From a virus, in the UHGV virus genome UHGV-0224297: DNA of 15,109 nucleotides; one strand, 5' to 3'. Below, piece after piece: positions 1-7,143 of this stretch. Positions within the stretch are counted from its first letter, which is position 1. Each line of letters begins with the position of its first letter. The translations under genes and the position numbers were made by a program. Under the pieces are notes generated by a model. That model was not told the DNA's origin. It saw only the letters and a program-made list of their open reading frames with translations, and did not search any database.

Positions 1-12
1 GGGCCGGGCTAA

Positions 13-489
13 TTATAGCCCTAAGTGCGTGAGTGATAAAATAGGCTGTGTTTCACCTTTAATCGTCGCGAAGGAACGATACATTTCTGCGTTACTTGAA
101 AAAACTTCGTTAGCAACGATACATTCACCCGTCTCTAAAGAAAGGAGATAAATGTAGTCGCTCCATACGCTTTGTACCAATACCCACTCGAGCGCGGTGT
201 CATTTTCGCGTGTTGTCCGCAGGTGGTGAAAGTAAGGCCGGATTGCGTCAACCGCCGCATTAAAACGGCGATGATAAATTCGGGTTAAATCAAATGTCCA
301 GATTGTTTCCAGGTCAACTGGATGTAATGTGCGTACAGTGTCGATAATCGTCGACTGATCGTTAAGACGTGAGGCTTCGGCGATACGCAGCAGTTTCCAG
401 GCCACCGTTAAGTTGTGGCGAATTTGTTCAGGTTTAGCCGACAGGTCATGATGAAATTGCGCAGCTTGATAGACGTTAGATAATTGCAT
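13..489 (-). CDS. hypothetical protein (158 aa)
   Basis: Complete ORF with ATG at 487-489 and stop at 13-15. RBS CTAAAGGAG (plus 497-505) lies 7 nt upstream on the minus strand. Sits just downstream of the minus-strand terminator at 520-545. No recognisable motif. Confidence 0.7.
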   Translation of the reverse strand: MQLSNVYQAAQFHHDLSAKPEQIRHNLTVAWKLLRIAEASRLNDQSTIIDTVRTLHPVDLETIWTFDLTRIYHRRFNAAVDAIRPYFHHLRTTRENDTALEWVLVQSVWSDYIYLLSLETGECIVANEVFSSNAEMYRSFATIKGETQPILSLTHLGL

Positions 490-519
490 TTTAATACTCC
501 TTTAGGTAAAACATGTCGT

Positions 520-545
520 AAAAAAGGACCCCGGACATTCCGGGG
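520..545 (-). terminator. intrinsic terminator (minus strand)
   Basis: Hairpin CCCCGGA-CAT-TCCGGGG (529-545), followed on the minus strand by UCCUUUUUU (plus A-run 520-525). Lies 13 nt after the 558..947 stop. Confidence 0.7.
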
Positions 546-557
546 CCAAGACTACAC

Positions 558-947
558 TCAATGATCTAGTTCGATAGCACCAGCCATCTTGCCCCGTTCT
601 TCGATAACGATCAGATAACGGTCGCGAGATTTGCTTTTAGCGAGAGTTAAGACAACAGTAGGGTCGCACGTTTTCGTGGTGATAGGAAGAACCTCTCTTG
701 CAACGGAATCGAGTAGAAAGTAATAACCTGCGGGACACATCGTGCCGCCATCAGCTTTTACCAGAATATAGCGCCCGTCTGCGCCGACTTCTTGGCAGAT
801 TGTTTCACCGACTTCACAAACTTCAAACCCCGGAGGATTGTACTGGTAATCGGTATTGTTGTTTGGGGTTAGCAGTAAATCGTTAACTTGGGTAGATGCT
901 GCTACACCCAGGGAGAAGAAGAATGCTAAAGCGCAGATGAGACGCAT
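558..947 (-). CDS. small predicted secreted protein (129 aa), 4-Cys paralogue A
   Basis: ATG at 945-947 with TAAGGAG RBS 6 nt upstream. N-terminal hydrophobic segment MRLICALAFFFSLGVAAS looks like a Sec signal peptide. Shares a Cys signature with the 958..1368 product. Confidence 0.75.
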   Translation of the reverse strand: MRLICALAFFFSLGVAASTQVNDLLLTPNNNTDYQYNPPGFEVCEVGETICQEVGADGRYILVKADGGTMCPAGYYFLLDSVAREVLPITTKTCDPTVVLTLAKSKSRDRYLIVIEERGKMAGAIELDH

Positions 948-957
948 GAGTTACTCC

Positions 958-1368
958 TTAAATTTTAAGTTTATCCATAGCTACAACGATAGGTTTTTCC
1001 GAAGTGTCTAATATCCCTACCATCGGCACACCATCTACGACTTTGAAGAATGGTTTGTTGTTGCCTGAGCACAAATGTTTGTCGTTGTATTCAAGACGTT
1101 GTGCCTTCCACGTTTCAAGGTTGAGTACAGACATTGGGCTGTCGTAGCACCAGGCACCACCTTGCTCAACGATGAACACGTATCTGCTACCTTTGTATTT
1201 AAACAGGTTCTTCGCCTGGCAGTACAGACCGTCAATTTCCGTACAGTAGAAATCATCGGTGCTATTGACGTACTTAATACCGTCTGGCAACTGTATTGTT
1301 TTTGCTGATACGTTAACAGAGAACAGAATAGCAATTGCAATGAGAAGAGTGTTGATGATAGTTTTCAT
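958..1368 (-). CDS. small predicted secreted protein (136 aa), 4-Cys paralogue B
   Basis: ATG at 1366-1368 with AAGGA-type RBS. Signal-peptide-like N-terminus MKTIINTLLIAIAILFSVNVSA. Its stop overlaps the RBS of the next gene. Shares C-x(6-8)-CQ ... G-x-RY-[IV]-[LF]-[VI]-x-x-GG-x-x-C with the 558..947 product. Confidence 0.75.
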   Translation of the reverse strand: MKTIINTLLIAIAILFSVNVSAKTIQLPDGIKYVNSTDDFYCTEIDGLYCQAKNLFKYKGSRYVFIVEQGGAWCYDSPMSVLNLETWKAQRLEYNDKHLCSGNNKPFFKVVDGVPMVGILDTSEKPIVVAMDKLKI

Positions 1369-1379
1369 GATAAAAGTCC

Positions 1380-1865
1380 TTAGTATTTAGATTGTTCCGC
1401 GTATTTCTTAACCAGGTAAGCGAATTCAGCAACACCGATATCACCGAACCAAATCAGATAACCGGGGTCGATGTTGTAGTAATAACCGACGAGTTTCTTG
1501 GTGTGTGGGTTGTATAGCGTTACGATGTATTCCCAGCCACAAGCATTAGCTTTACAACCACCACTTTCAATCCAGATTTTGTTGTTGATGTTTACCGGAT
1601 ACATGTTACCGCCAGGGCCATCCATGTATCCTTTAGAGCCGAACATACCATCCAGTCCCACCGGGTCTAGTGTTTTATCAACAACGGCTTTAAATGACTT
1701 ATCGGTATCGTACAAGTCGTTGATGTTCGGGCACGCATTTGGCTGACCTTCCCAAGCGTTTCCGTCGCAGGTAAGCAATTCGTCTACGGAGGCCGCATCT
1801 ACAGTTGGTGTGGCACCGATAAACAAGAAAACCAGAAAGAACATCAGTGTATGTAAACGTTTCAT
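1380..1865 (-). CDS. small predicted secreted protein (161 aa)
   Basis: ATG at 1863-1865 with CTAAAGGAG RBS (plus 1874-1882). Signal-peptide-like N-terminus MKRLHTLMFFLVFLFIGATPTVDA. Four Cys in the mature part. Confidence 0.75.
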   Translation of the reverse strand: MKRLHTLMFFLVFLFIGATPTVDAASVDELLTCDGNAWEGQPNACPNINDLYDTDKSFKAVVDKTLDPVGLDGMFGSKGYMDGPGGNMYPVNINNKIWIESGGCKANACGWEYIVTLYNPHTKKLVGYYYNIDPGYLIWFGDIGVAEFAYLVKKYAEQSKY

Positions 1866-1883
1866 TGTAACTACTCCTTTAGA

Positions 1884-2270
1884 TTATTCGGCAGGGCGAT
1901 TTAAAGTAACACGGCCAATTAATTCGGCGTTATGAAAGAAGTCCACAGCGGTATAGTTACCAACTGATAGCGGATGGATACTAACTGACATTACTTTCGG
2001 TTGTTCGCAAGCAATATCGGTTAGACGTTGGTAGACTTGTGCACGGGTGTCAGCAATGAGTAATCCCGTACACGTTTCACCACGCACTAAACGATAAACT
2101 TGCAGTTTACCGAAACTGCGCATTAACGTGGGCGTCTCATCCGGGTTGATAATCGGTGACTCAGGAGCCGGTTCGTAATAGCGGACATCCGAATCACCGA
2201 AAGCATAAGTGCCAGTAATTCCGACCGCACAGAAAATAATGATAGTATAAAGTATAGTTCTGATATTCAT
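1884..2270 (-). CDS. small predicted secreted or membrane-anchored protein (about 128 aa)
   Basis: The ORF track starts at a GTG (2274-2276), but the in-frame ATG at 2268-2270 is the more plausible start. The RBS is weak (GAGTG). N-terminal hydrophobic stretch ILYTIIIFCAVGITGTYA could be a signal peptide or a signal anchor. Start codon choice is uncertain. Confidence 0.65.
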   Translation of the reverse strand: MNIRTILYTIIIFCAVGITGTYAFGDSDVRYYEPAPESPIINPDETPTLMRSFGKLQVYRLVRGETCTGLLIADTRAQVYQRLTDIACEQPKVMSVSIHPLSVGNYTAVDFFHNAELIGRVTLNRPAE

Positions 2271-2298
2271 TTTCACGCACTCTAAAAAAGATTAATAC

Positions 2299-2760
2299 TT
2301 ATTTGTTAGGACGGCTGTGTCCACAGTTCTGGAAAAACGTTTCGTTAAGGCGTTCGCCTTCTACGGTAAACCCTGCTGCCACGTTATCGTTAATAAGTAA
2401 ACTAAAATGTTTTGCCTCACCGACCGCTTTAATGAAATCCGCCCAGGCTTGTTCTGAACGGTCGCTACCGTCGATGGTAGGGATACGGTATTTTTTACCA
2501 TTCACGACAATATCGAGCGCGTTATCCTCAGCGTTTGTTGCCCCTGCAGGTTCTCCGTAATACCAAACATTGTGCCCGTAAAATTTACGATTGGCGGTTT
2601 CTGTACTGCAATTGATAGAGAGGCTGTTGCCTTCAGTGTCTTCGATTTCGTAGATGGCTTGGTCTGGAGACTGGATTTGTTCCCAGCTATTGATTGCTGC
2701 GTGTGCAGTATTGAGGCCCAGCGTTAAGAGGATGGTTAAAAGGGAAGTAAAAAATTTCAT
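2299..2760 (-). CDS. small predicted secreted protein (153 aa)
   Basis: ATG at 2758-2760 with AAAGGAG RBS (plus 2768-2774) 7 nt upstream. Signal-peptide-like N-terminus MKFFTSLLTILLTLGLNTAHA with an AHA-A cleavage-like site. First gene after the terminator and conserved element at 2810-2886. Confidence 0.75.
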   Translation of the reverse strand: MKFFTSLLTILLTLGLNTAHAAINSWEQIQSPDQAIYEIEDTEGNSLSINCSTETANRKFYGHNVWYYGEPAGATNAEDNALDIVVNGKKYRIPTIDGSDRSEQAWADFIKAVGEAKHFSLLINDNVAAGFTVEGERLNETFFQNCGHSRPNK

Positions 2761-2809
2761 TGTTTTGCTCCTTTAAGGCGTTAATGTATAAATGAGTTAA
2801 TCATAACTC

Positions 2810-2836
2810 TCACCTAAGTAATATATATCTGAAATT
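2810..2836. promoter_or_regulatory. conserved element copy 1 (core TAAGTAATATATATCTGAA)
   Basis: The 19-bp core at 2815-2833 is identical to 7179-7197, with similar flanks (TCACY before, WTT after). It lies between the terminator at 2856-2886 and the start of the second minus-strand cassette (2760). Strand of action is unknown. Confidence 0.5.
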
Positions 2837-2855
2837 ATTTTTAATGTTGACGAAC

Positions 2856-2886
2856 AAAAAATAAAAGGTGGGGGTAAACCCCCACC
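2856..2886 (-). terminator. intrinsic terminator (minus strand) ending the upstream cassette
   Basis: Hairpin GGTGGGGG-TAAA-CCCCCACC (2867-2886), followed on the minus strand by UUUUAUUUUUU (plus A-tract 2856-2866). Lies directly after the 2891..3469 stop. No U-tract on the plus-strand side. Confidence 0.8.
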
Positions 2887-2890
2887 GACG

Positions 2891-3469
2891 TTATACATCG
2901 AACCGATACTGCCGGGAGTTAATGAGGAACTCAGTATTCAGCTCAATCCATTCGAGTAATTCCCCCAACGGTAATCGGTTTGGGTTTTCTAACTCGATAG
3001 ATGCAACCGGATAAGAGTTTACTAATTCCGTAATCGCCTCAATCCCCTCTTGCGTTCCATCGTCTTCTAAGGTGATTGTAAACGGCATATCGGTACGTTT
3101 CGCATTAGGATTGTACAAACTGACTTTCGTTGCTTGCACAAACGCAGTCAGGTCGTCTCGCATAATGCGAATATCTGGCGCTAGAACTACCCAGAGATGT
3201 TGCCCTGGCTGGAGTTTACGTTTTGCGTAGTTTACGAAAGGACTTGCCGTCAAGTTCTCTAAACCACAACAGATGTTACGTAAACGAATTCCTCGCGGAT
3301 CTTTGTAATCCACGTCGAAAATCCCCACAGGTTCATTCGCTGCCCGCTTTATCAGAAAGGCTAATACCGTGTCCGCCCTTTCTGGTAAGGAAAGCCCAAC
3401 TCCCTCAAGCTCCCCATCGACGAGATTTTCCAACCAAACGTCTTTTCGCATTTCTATTAATCGGTACAC
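2891..3469 (-). CDS. hypothetical protein (192 aa)
   Basis: ORF with GTG start at 3467-3469 and GAGGTGG RBS 5 nt upstream. The first in-frame ATG, 18 nt downstream, has no RBS. Stop at 2891-2893 is followed by an intrinsic terminator. No recognisable motif. Confidence 0.6.
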   Translation of the reverse strand: MYRLIEMRKDVWLENLVDGELEGVGLSLPERADTVLAFLIKRAANEPVGIFDVDYKDPRGIRLRNICCGLENLTASPFVNYAKRKLQPGQHLWVVLAPDIRIMRDDLTAFVQATKVSLYNPNAKRTDMPFTITLEDDGTQEGIEAITELVNSYPVASIELENPNRLPLGELLEWIELNTEFLINSRQYRFDV

Positions 3470-3481
3470 GGTTCCACCTCA

Positions 3482-4255
3482 CTAATAATTAAGTTTTACA
3501 TCGGCAATAAACAGCAACTGTTTACCGTGTTGCTGCACTTCTTTCCAACCTAGCTTCATAGCAGCGTCAACAACATCTATCATGCTGTAACGAGACATCA
3601 ACGCGGTTGATTTTGTTCCTGACATTAAGTAGAGCGGCTCATTAGGGCAACGGTCGCGAGCATCAGGAAGTTCCCGAGAGACTGCTGATCCTTCGGGTAC
3701 GGTAACAACATGAATCACGGTAAATGGTCTCTTGTGGGTTAAATAGATACGAAACCCAACGTGTTCAGACTCATGAAAGACTTTCTTTACAACCACATCT
3801 TTTAGTGTCGTTTGAACATCAATCCCAGGTAATATCATGGATTCGCGAGAAACGAAACAACGACTATTTTCGACCGTGGAGAAATAATTACGTAACGGTA
3901 AACTGGCGTTATGATCGCGCAGTTTTTTGCTCAGTAGATCGAAGTTCAGTTCTTTAACTTTCTCTAGCCACTCTTTGGCTTGTTGAACGTAATAACTACC
4001 AACGGTGCGATAAGTTAATACCTTACCTGCGCTTACTTTCCAAAGTTTGATGGTTAGTGAGTTTGGCTTATAGCGACGATACTCACCCCGCGTATAGTTG
4101 ATGCGCTCGTAGCGCTCTACATCGTCAATCGGTGCAGATTCGACCGATTGTAACTGCAGCGTACGATCTAATCTATCGGCTAATAGTAGCGATGTTAGCG
4201 GACCTTCGATCATATACGGTTCGGTTTTAAAGATATCGTCTAAATGGACTTTCAT
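3482..4255 (-). CDS. GW-QLLF C-terminal motif family protein (257 aa)
   Basis: ATG at 4253-4255 with AAGGAA RBS. C-terminus LGWKEVQQHGKQLLFIADVKLNY. N-terminus MKVHLDDIF and internal LPGID ... GFRIY are shared with the 6069..6806 product. Confidence 0.75.
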   Translation of the reverse strand: MKVHLDDIFKTEPYMIEGPLTSLLLADRLDRTLQLQSVESAPIDDVERYERINYTRGEYRRYKPNSLTIKLWKVSAGKVLTYRTVGSYYVQQAKEWLEKVKELNFDLLSKKLRDHNASLPLRNYFSTVENSRCFVSRESMILPGIDVQTTLKDVVVKKVFHESEHVGFRIYLTHKRPFTVIHVVTVPEGSAVSRELPDARDRCPNEPLYLMSGTKSTALMSRYSMIDVVDAAMKLGWKEVQQHGKQLLFIADVKLNY

Positions 4256-4322
4256 TTCTATTTCCTTCTTAACAAAAGCCGCGACTAAAGCGCGGCAGTT
4301 AGAGAAAGTATATTTTCACTTA

Positions 4323-5474
4323 TTAAAGGTCAGCAACAAACAGTAGCTGACTGCCATACGGTTCGACAGATTTCCAACCGTAATCTTTACCGATCGTCGT
4401 TAAATGACTGGTAGTTAACTTTTTATCAATCGTCCGCAGATGTATCATTAGCGTATTGGACTCTGCCGCATCAAGTAACATCGCAGGTTCTTTTTCAGTG
4501 CGGTCGTCCGCTTTCGGGAAGAAACTGTAATATTGACTTTTGGGCAGATCGATTGACAACGTATAATTTTTCTTTGTAACGAATAACGCCATCCCTTCGA
4601 AATTGCAATCGAAACGATATTCCCAACCTGCTTCTGCTAAAACGTCTTTTAGCATTTCCATGACTTTAAGCTGATTAACACTAGGCAGTCGGTAAATTGC
4701 AAGACCACTTGGGAAAATGCGTATACCATCGACGACACTATCGGTGGTTTCGTCAATAAGTTCAGGATAACGTTGTGAGAAAATATGATCGCTCTTGCTT
4801 TTCTCTTCAACGTCACGAATGAATTGGGCTAATTCGTCTCTTAAGGCGGACATTTGATTTTCTCCTTTGTCTTCAATAATCAGGTGGGGTTCGCCGCTAA
4901 TTAAAATATGGTAAACGAGGTCGTCGGTAGAACGATAAGTGAGTTTGATAGCTTTATCACTTAACAATTCGTAGCGGAAGAAACTTTCGTACCAACTTAA
5001 GCCGAAATCGTTTTGTGTGAGTTCCTGCTCAACTTTGATGGTTTTTGCTTCAAAGCCGATTAACCCGCTTAATAACGCAAGTTCTGGTTTAGTTAAAATG
5101 GCCATGCCGTGAAAGGGCACTTGTTCAAGCTGAAAACATAAATTACTGACTTTACCACTTGGGAAGACTTTAAACATAATCTTCCGGCTGCTACTCTTTT
5201 CTCTAACAACGAGTTTACGGTAATTTAGTCCACAATTTGAGTAAACCGCGAACTGGTAACCTTCAATTTCTTCATCGTAAGTACAGACATCGACAGGCGC
5301 GATAATCTCATCGTATTCACTAAGTACACAGCAGCCCAAGTTATAACCAAACAACTCGCGTTGTAATGAAGACTCGATGGTTAAGCTTGGCAGAGGCCAA
5401 GTTCGATTATAGCATCTGTCCATCAGTTCTTTTAGGATCTTGGCATGTCCTGGTTTAGAAATAATATTTCGCAT
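4323..5474 (-). CDS. GW-QLLF C-terminal motif family protein (383 aa), with a second degenerate internal copy
   Basis: ATG at 5472-5474 with AAAGGAGAG RBS. C-terminus YGWKSVEPYGSQLLFVADL. A degenerate internal copy reads AEAGWEYRFDCNFEGMALFV. Confidence 0.75.
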   Translation of the reverse strand: MRNIISKPGHAKILKELMDRCYNRTWPLPSLTIESSLQRELFGYNLGCCVLSEYDEIIAPVDVCTYDEEIEGYQFAVYSNCGLNYRKLVVREKSSSRKIMFKVFPSGKVSNLCFQLEQVPFHGMAILTKPELALLSGLIGFEAKTIKVEQELTQNDFGLSWYESFFRYELLSDKAIKLTYRSTDDLVYHILISGEPHLIIEDKGENQMSALRDELAQFIRDVEEKSKSDHIFSQRYPELIDETTDSVVDGIRIFPSGLAIYRLPSVNQLKVMEMLKDVLAEAGWEYRFDCNFEGMALFVTKKNYTLSIDLPKSQYYSFFPKADDRTEKEPAMLLDAAESNTLMIHLRTIDKKLTTSHLTTIGKDYGWKSVEPYGSQLLFVADL

Positions 5475-5503
5475 TTTTACTCTCCTTTAGGGTTTTTCGT
5501 TAC

Positions 5504-6043
5504 TTAAGCAGGGTAAGCTAAGAATAATAACTGCTGGCCGAGTTTACGTACGGTATGCCAGCCGTGCGCTTTTGCTGTTTCTACTAATGTTTCCCAATCG
5601 TCAACGTTGCAACCGTCTTTTTTCAGTTTTGTAAGTAGTGTCTCTGCTTCTTTATCTGTCAGCAATAATCCTGGGTTACTTAACGTACACGTAAGAGGGT
5701 TAGGGAAATACGCGTAGCGTCTTACAAAAGTAAAGTCTACGAGATAGTGTGCTTTCCCCGTGTCTAGAAGCGTAACAACATCCACGCCGCCGTCGTAGGA
5801 CGCGCTCGTCACTTTCCATCCGGTACCGGAAAACAGTTGACTGAATAATTTGGTAAAGATATCCCCGGAACCGCGATAATAAAGCACAGCATCTTCGTTG
5901 ATTTTTTCTATTTCAATACCAGTGATCGTTGTACCCGGTTGGATAACGTTAGACAATATACTGTACGGGCTTTCAAAACGATGTTTACCCACACCCAGGT
6001 TAACAAACTTAATAGCTTGTTGTTTCATTTCGATACTAATCAT
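5504..6043 (-). CDS. GW-QLLF C-terminal motif family protein (179 aa)
   Basis: ATG at 6041-6043 with AAAGGAGAAA RBS. C-terminus AHGWHTVRKLGQQLLFLAYPA. An internal GW is also present (SGTGWKVTSASYDGG). Confidence 0.75.
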   Translation of the reverse strand: MISIEMKQQAIKFVNLGVGKHRFESPYSILSNVIQPGTTITGIEIEKINEDAVLYYRGSGDIFTKLFSQLFSGTGWKVTSASYDGGVDVVTLLDTGKAHYLVDFTFVRRYAYFPNPLTCTLSNPGLLLTDKEAETLLTKLKKDGCNVDDWETLVETAKAHGWHTVRKLGQQLLFLAYPA

Positions 6044-6068
6044 GATATTTTCTCCTTTAGGTTTTTAC

Positions 6069-6806
6069 TTACGCGGTTTTAATTAACAGCAGATAGTCCT
6101 TCGTAAACTCAGCACAACTCCACCCTCTCATCGTGGCGATTTTACGAAGATCAATTTTCTCGTGATATTTCAATAAGGGATCGTCTGAGTTAATCTCAAC
6201 CAGGTGGGTGGCTTTAGAAATCGTTTCCACATCTGGGATCTGTTTTGCTAAGTCGGATGCAATCAGTTCAATAACGCGGTAACCCTTTAACACAGAAACA
6301 TAGATGCGCAAACCATATAGCGTGCCCTCGTCTTCTAATGGACAAAGATCGATGCCGGGTCCAAGCAGTGATAACTCGACGTTATCGGGAAGGTTTTCTG
6401 CATTTCGGAGTAACCCTATCCCATTTCTAAACAGAGGGAAGTAAGAGAATAGTGGTGGTAAAGCCCAACCGTTCCCAATAAGCACATCATCGATACTAGT
6501 AGGCGTGTTCGCAAGAAGACGAATGTGGTCAGCCACAACTTCAAGTTCGGCATCACTGATCAACTTATAGATTAACATGACACTGGTTTCGGTATTAATA
6601 ACGAAGAAGACGCGGTTGGCGTAACTGCCTATCACGTATTCGTCAATCATACAGTCGATAACGTCACTGTCTGGATAATCTTCAGGTTTAATTGTTCCAG
6701 CATCGATTAACTTAGCAGGTTGCGATTGTTTTAATAGTTCGTTAACAACAGTAGAAGAAAGTTCTAAACTGGTGTTAGTAAAGATATCGTCTAATAATTC
6801 TCTCAT
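6069..6806 (-). CDS. GW-QLLF family protein, divergent member (245 aa)
   Basis: ATG at 6804-6806 with a weak RBS; first gene after the divergent control region. C-terminus RGWSCAEFTKDYLLLIKTA is a degenerate form of the motif. N-terminus MRELLDDIF and internal LLGPGID ... GLRIY match the 3482..4255 product. Confidence 0.7.
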   Translation of the reverse strand: MRELLDDIFTNTSLELSSTVVNELLKQSQPAKLIDAGTIKPEDYPDSDVIDCMIDEYVIGSYANRVFFVINTETSVMLIYKLISDAELEVVADHIRLLANTPTSIDDVLIGNGWALPPLFSYFPLFRNGIGLLRNAENLPDNVELSLLGPGIDLCPLEDEGTLYGLRIYVSVLKGYRVIELIASDLAKQIPDVETISKATHLVEINSDDPLLKYHEKIDLRKIATMRGWSCAEFTKDYLLLIKTA

Positions 6807-6901
6807 GATTTACTCGCTAATCTCAATAAAGGGGAGTCTATTATTATGGATTGCAGAAGAGGAATAAGGAAGTCACTACGTTCCTCTGGGAAGAGTATGT
6901 C

Positions 6902-6918
6902 GGTATACTACGTATACC
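6902..6918. promoter_or_regulatory. inverted repeat GGTATAC-TAC-GTATACC (7-3-7), candidate operator
   Basis: Perfect 7-bp arms with a 3-bp spacer. A third GTATAC lies at 6935-6940 and a GGTATCC at 6963-6969. A TATAAATA (T4 late-promoter-like) reads on the minus strand at 6924-6931. Confidence 0.35.
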
Positions 6919-7107
6919 TCCGCTATTTATATCCGTATACATAATGCCCCCTACCCCCTACCGGTATCCCGAGTAGCAGAATAAAGGGGCAGACTGTAAA
7001 ATTTTAGTACCTGTTATCGGAAGGTACTAAATGGAGTGTAGTCTTTAAGCCGTTTGAGCAGCTCATTGAGACTTTCTTTTTTAGTAGACATGATCTGTCA
7101 CCCCAAA

Positions 7108-7116
7108 TGGTATAAT
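7108..7116 (+). promoter_or_regulatory. candidate sigma70 extended -10 box (TGGTATAAT)
   Basis: Exact TGnTATAAT at 7108-7116 on the plus strand. No good -35 (TAGACA at 7085-7090 is 20 bp away). Would start transcription near 7123, toward the 7225 gene. Confidence 0.4.
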
Positions 7117-7143
7117 CAATCCGTTTCGAATGAAACGTGTCCG

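Noticed and set aside
2299-2760. Possible lysozyme-inhibitor (MliC/PliC-like) identity for the 153-aa secreted protein
   Set aside because: Only two Cys and a similar size support it; the conserved family motifs I recall are absent.
5504-6043. ADP-ribosyltransferase-like pattern in the 179-aa protein (YYRGSG, TSAS, EAETLL)
   Set aside because: The spacing between the Arg and Ser motifs is shorter than in known enzymes, and the E-x-E lies in a helix-like KEAETLLTKLKK context. Too weak to call without a profile search.
698-6086. Plus-strand ORFs nested in the minus-strand genes (698..886, 1075..1308, 1498..1746, 2303..2560, 3223..3492, 3724..3957, 5898..6086) and minus-strand 1035..1340
   Set aside because: Antisense to or out of frame with well-supported genes that have RBSs and tile the region. 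They have no RBS of their own.
6924-6931. TATAAATA on the minus strand, the T4 late-promoter consensus
   Set aside because: Single occurrence; the other candidate promoter positions in the window do not carry it (2788-2795 reads TATAAATG). Not enough to call the phage T4-like or the site a late promoter.
6846-6944. Plus-strand 32-codon ORF (MDCRRGIRK...) preceded by AAAGGGGAG
   Set aside because: It is dense in rare AGA, AGG and ATA codons and overlaps the GTATAC palindromes. More likely regulatory DNA than coding.
7122-7137. TTCGAAT-containing hairpin resembling a tRNA T-loop
   Set aside because: No acceptor stem, anticodon arm or other tRNA parts around it. It is just a short leader hairpin.
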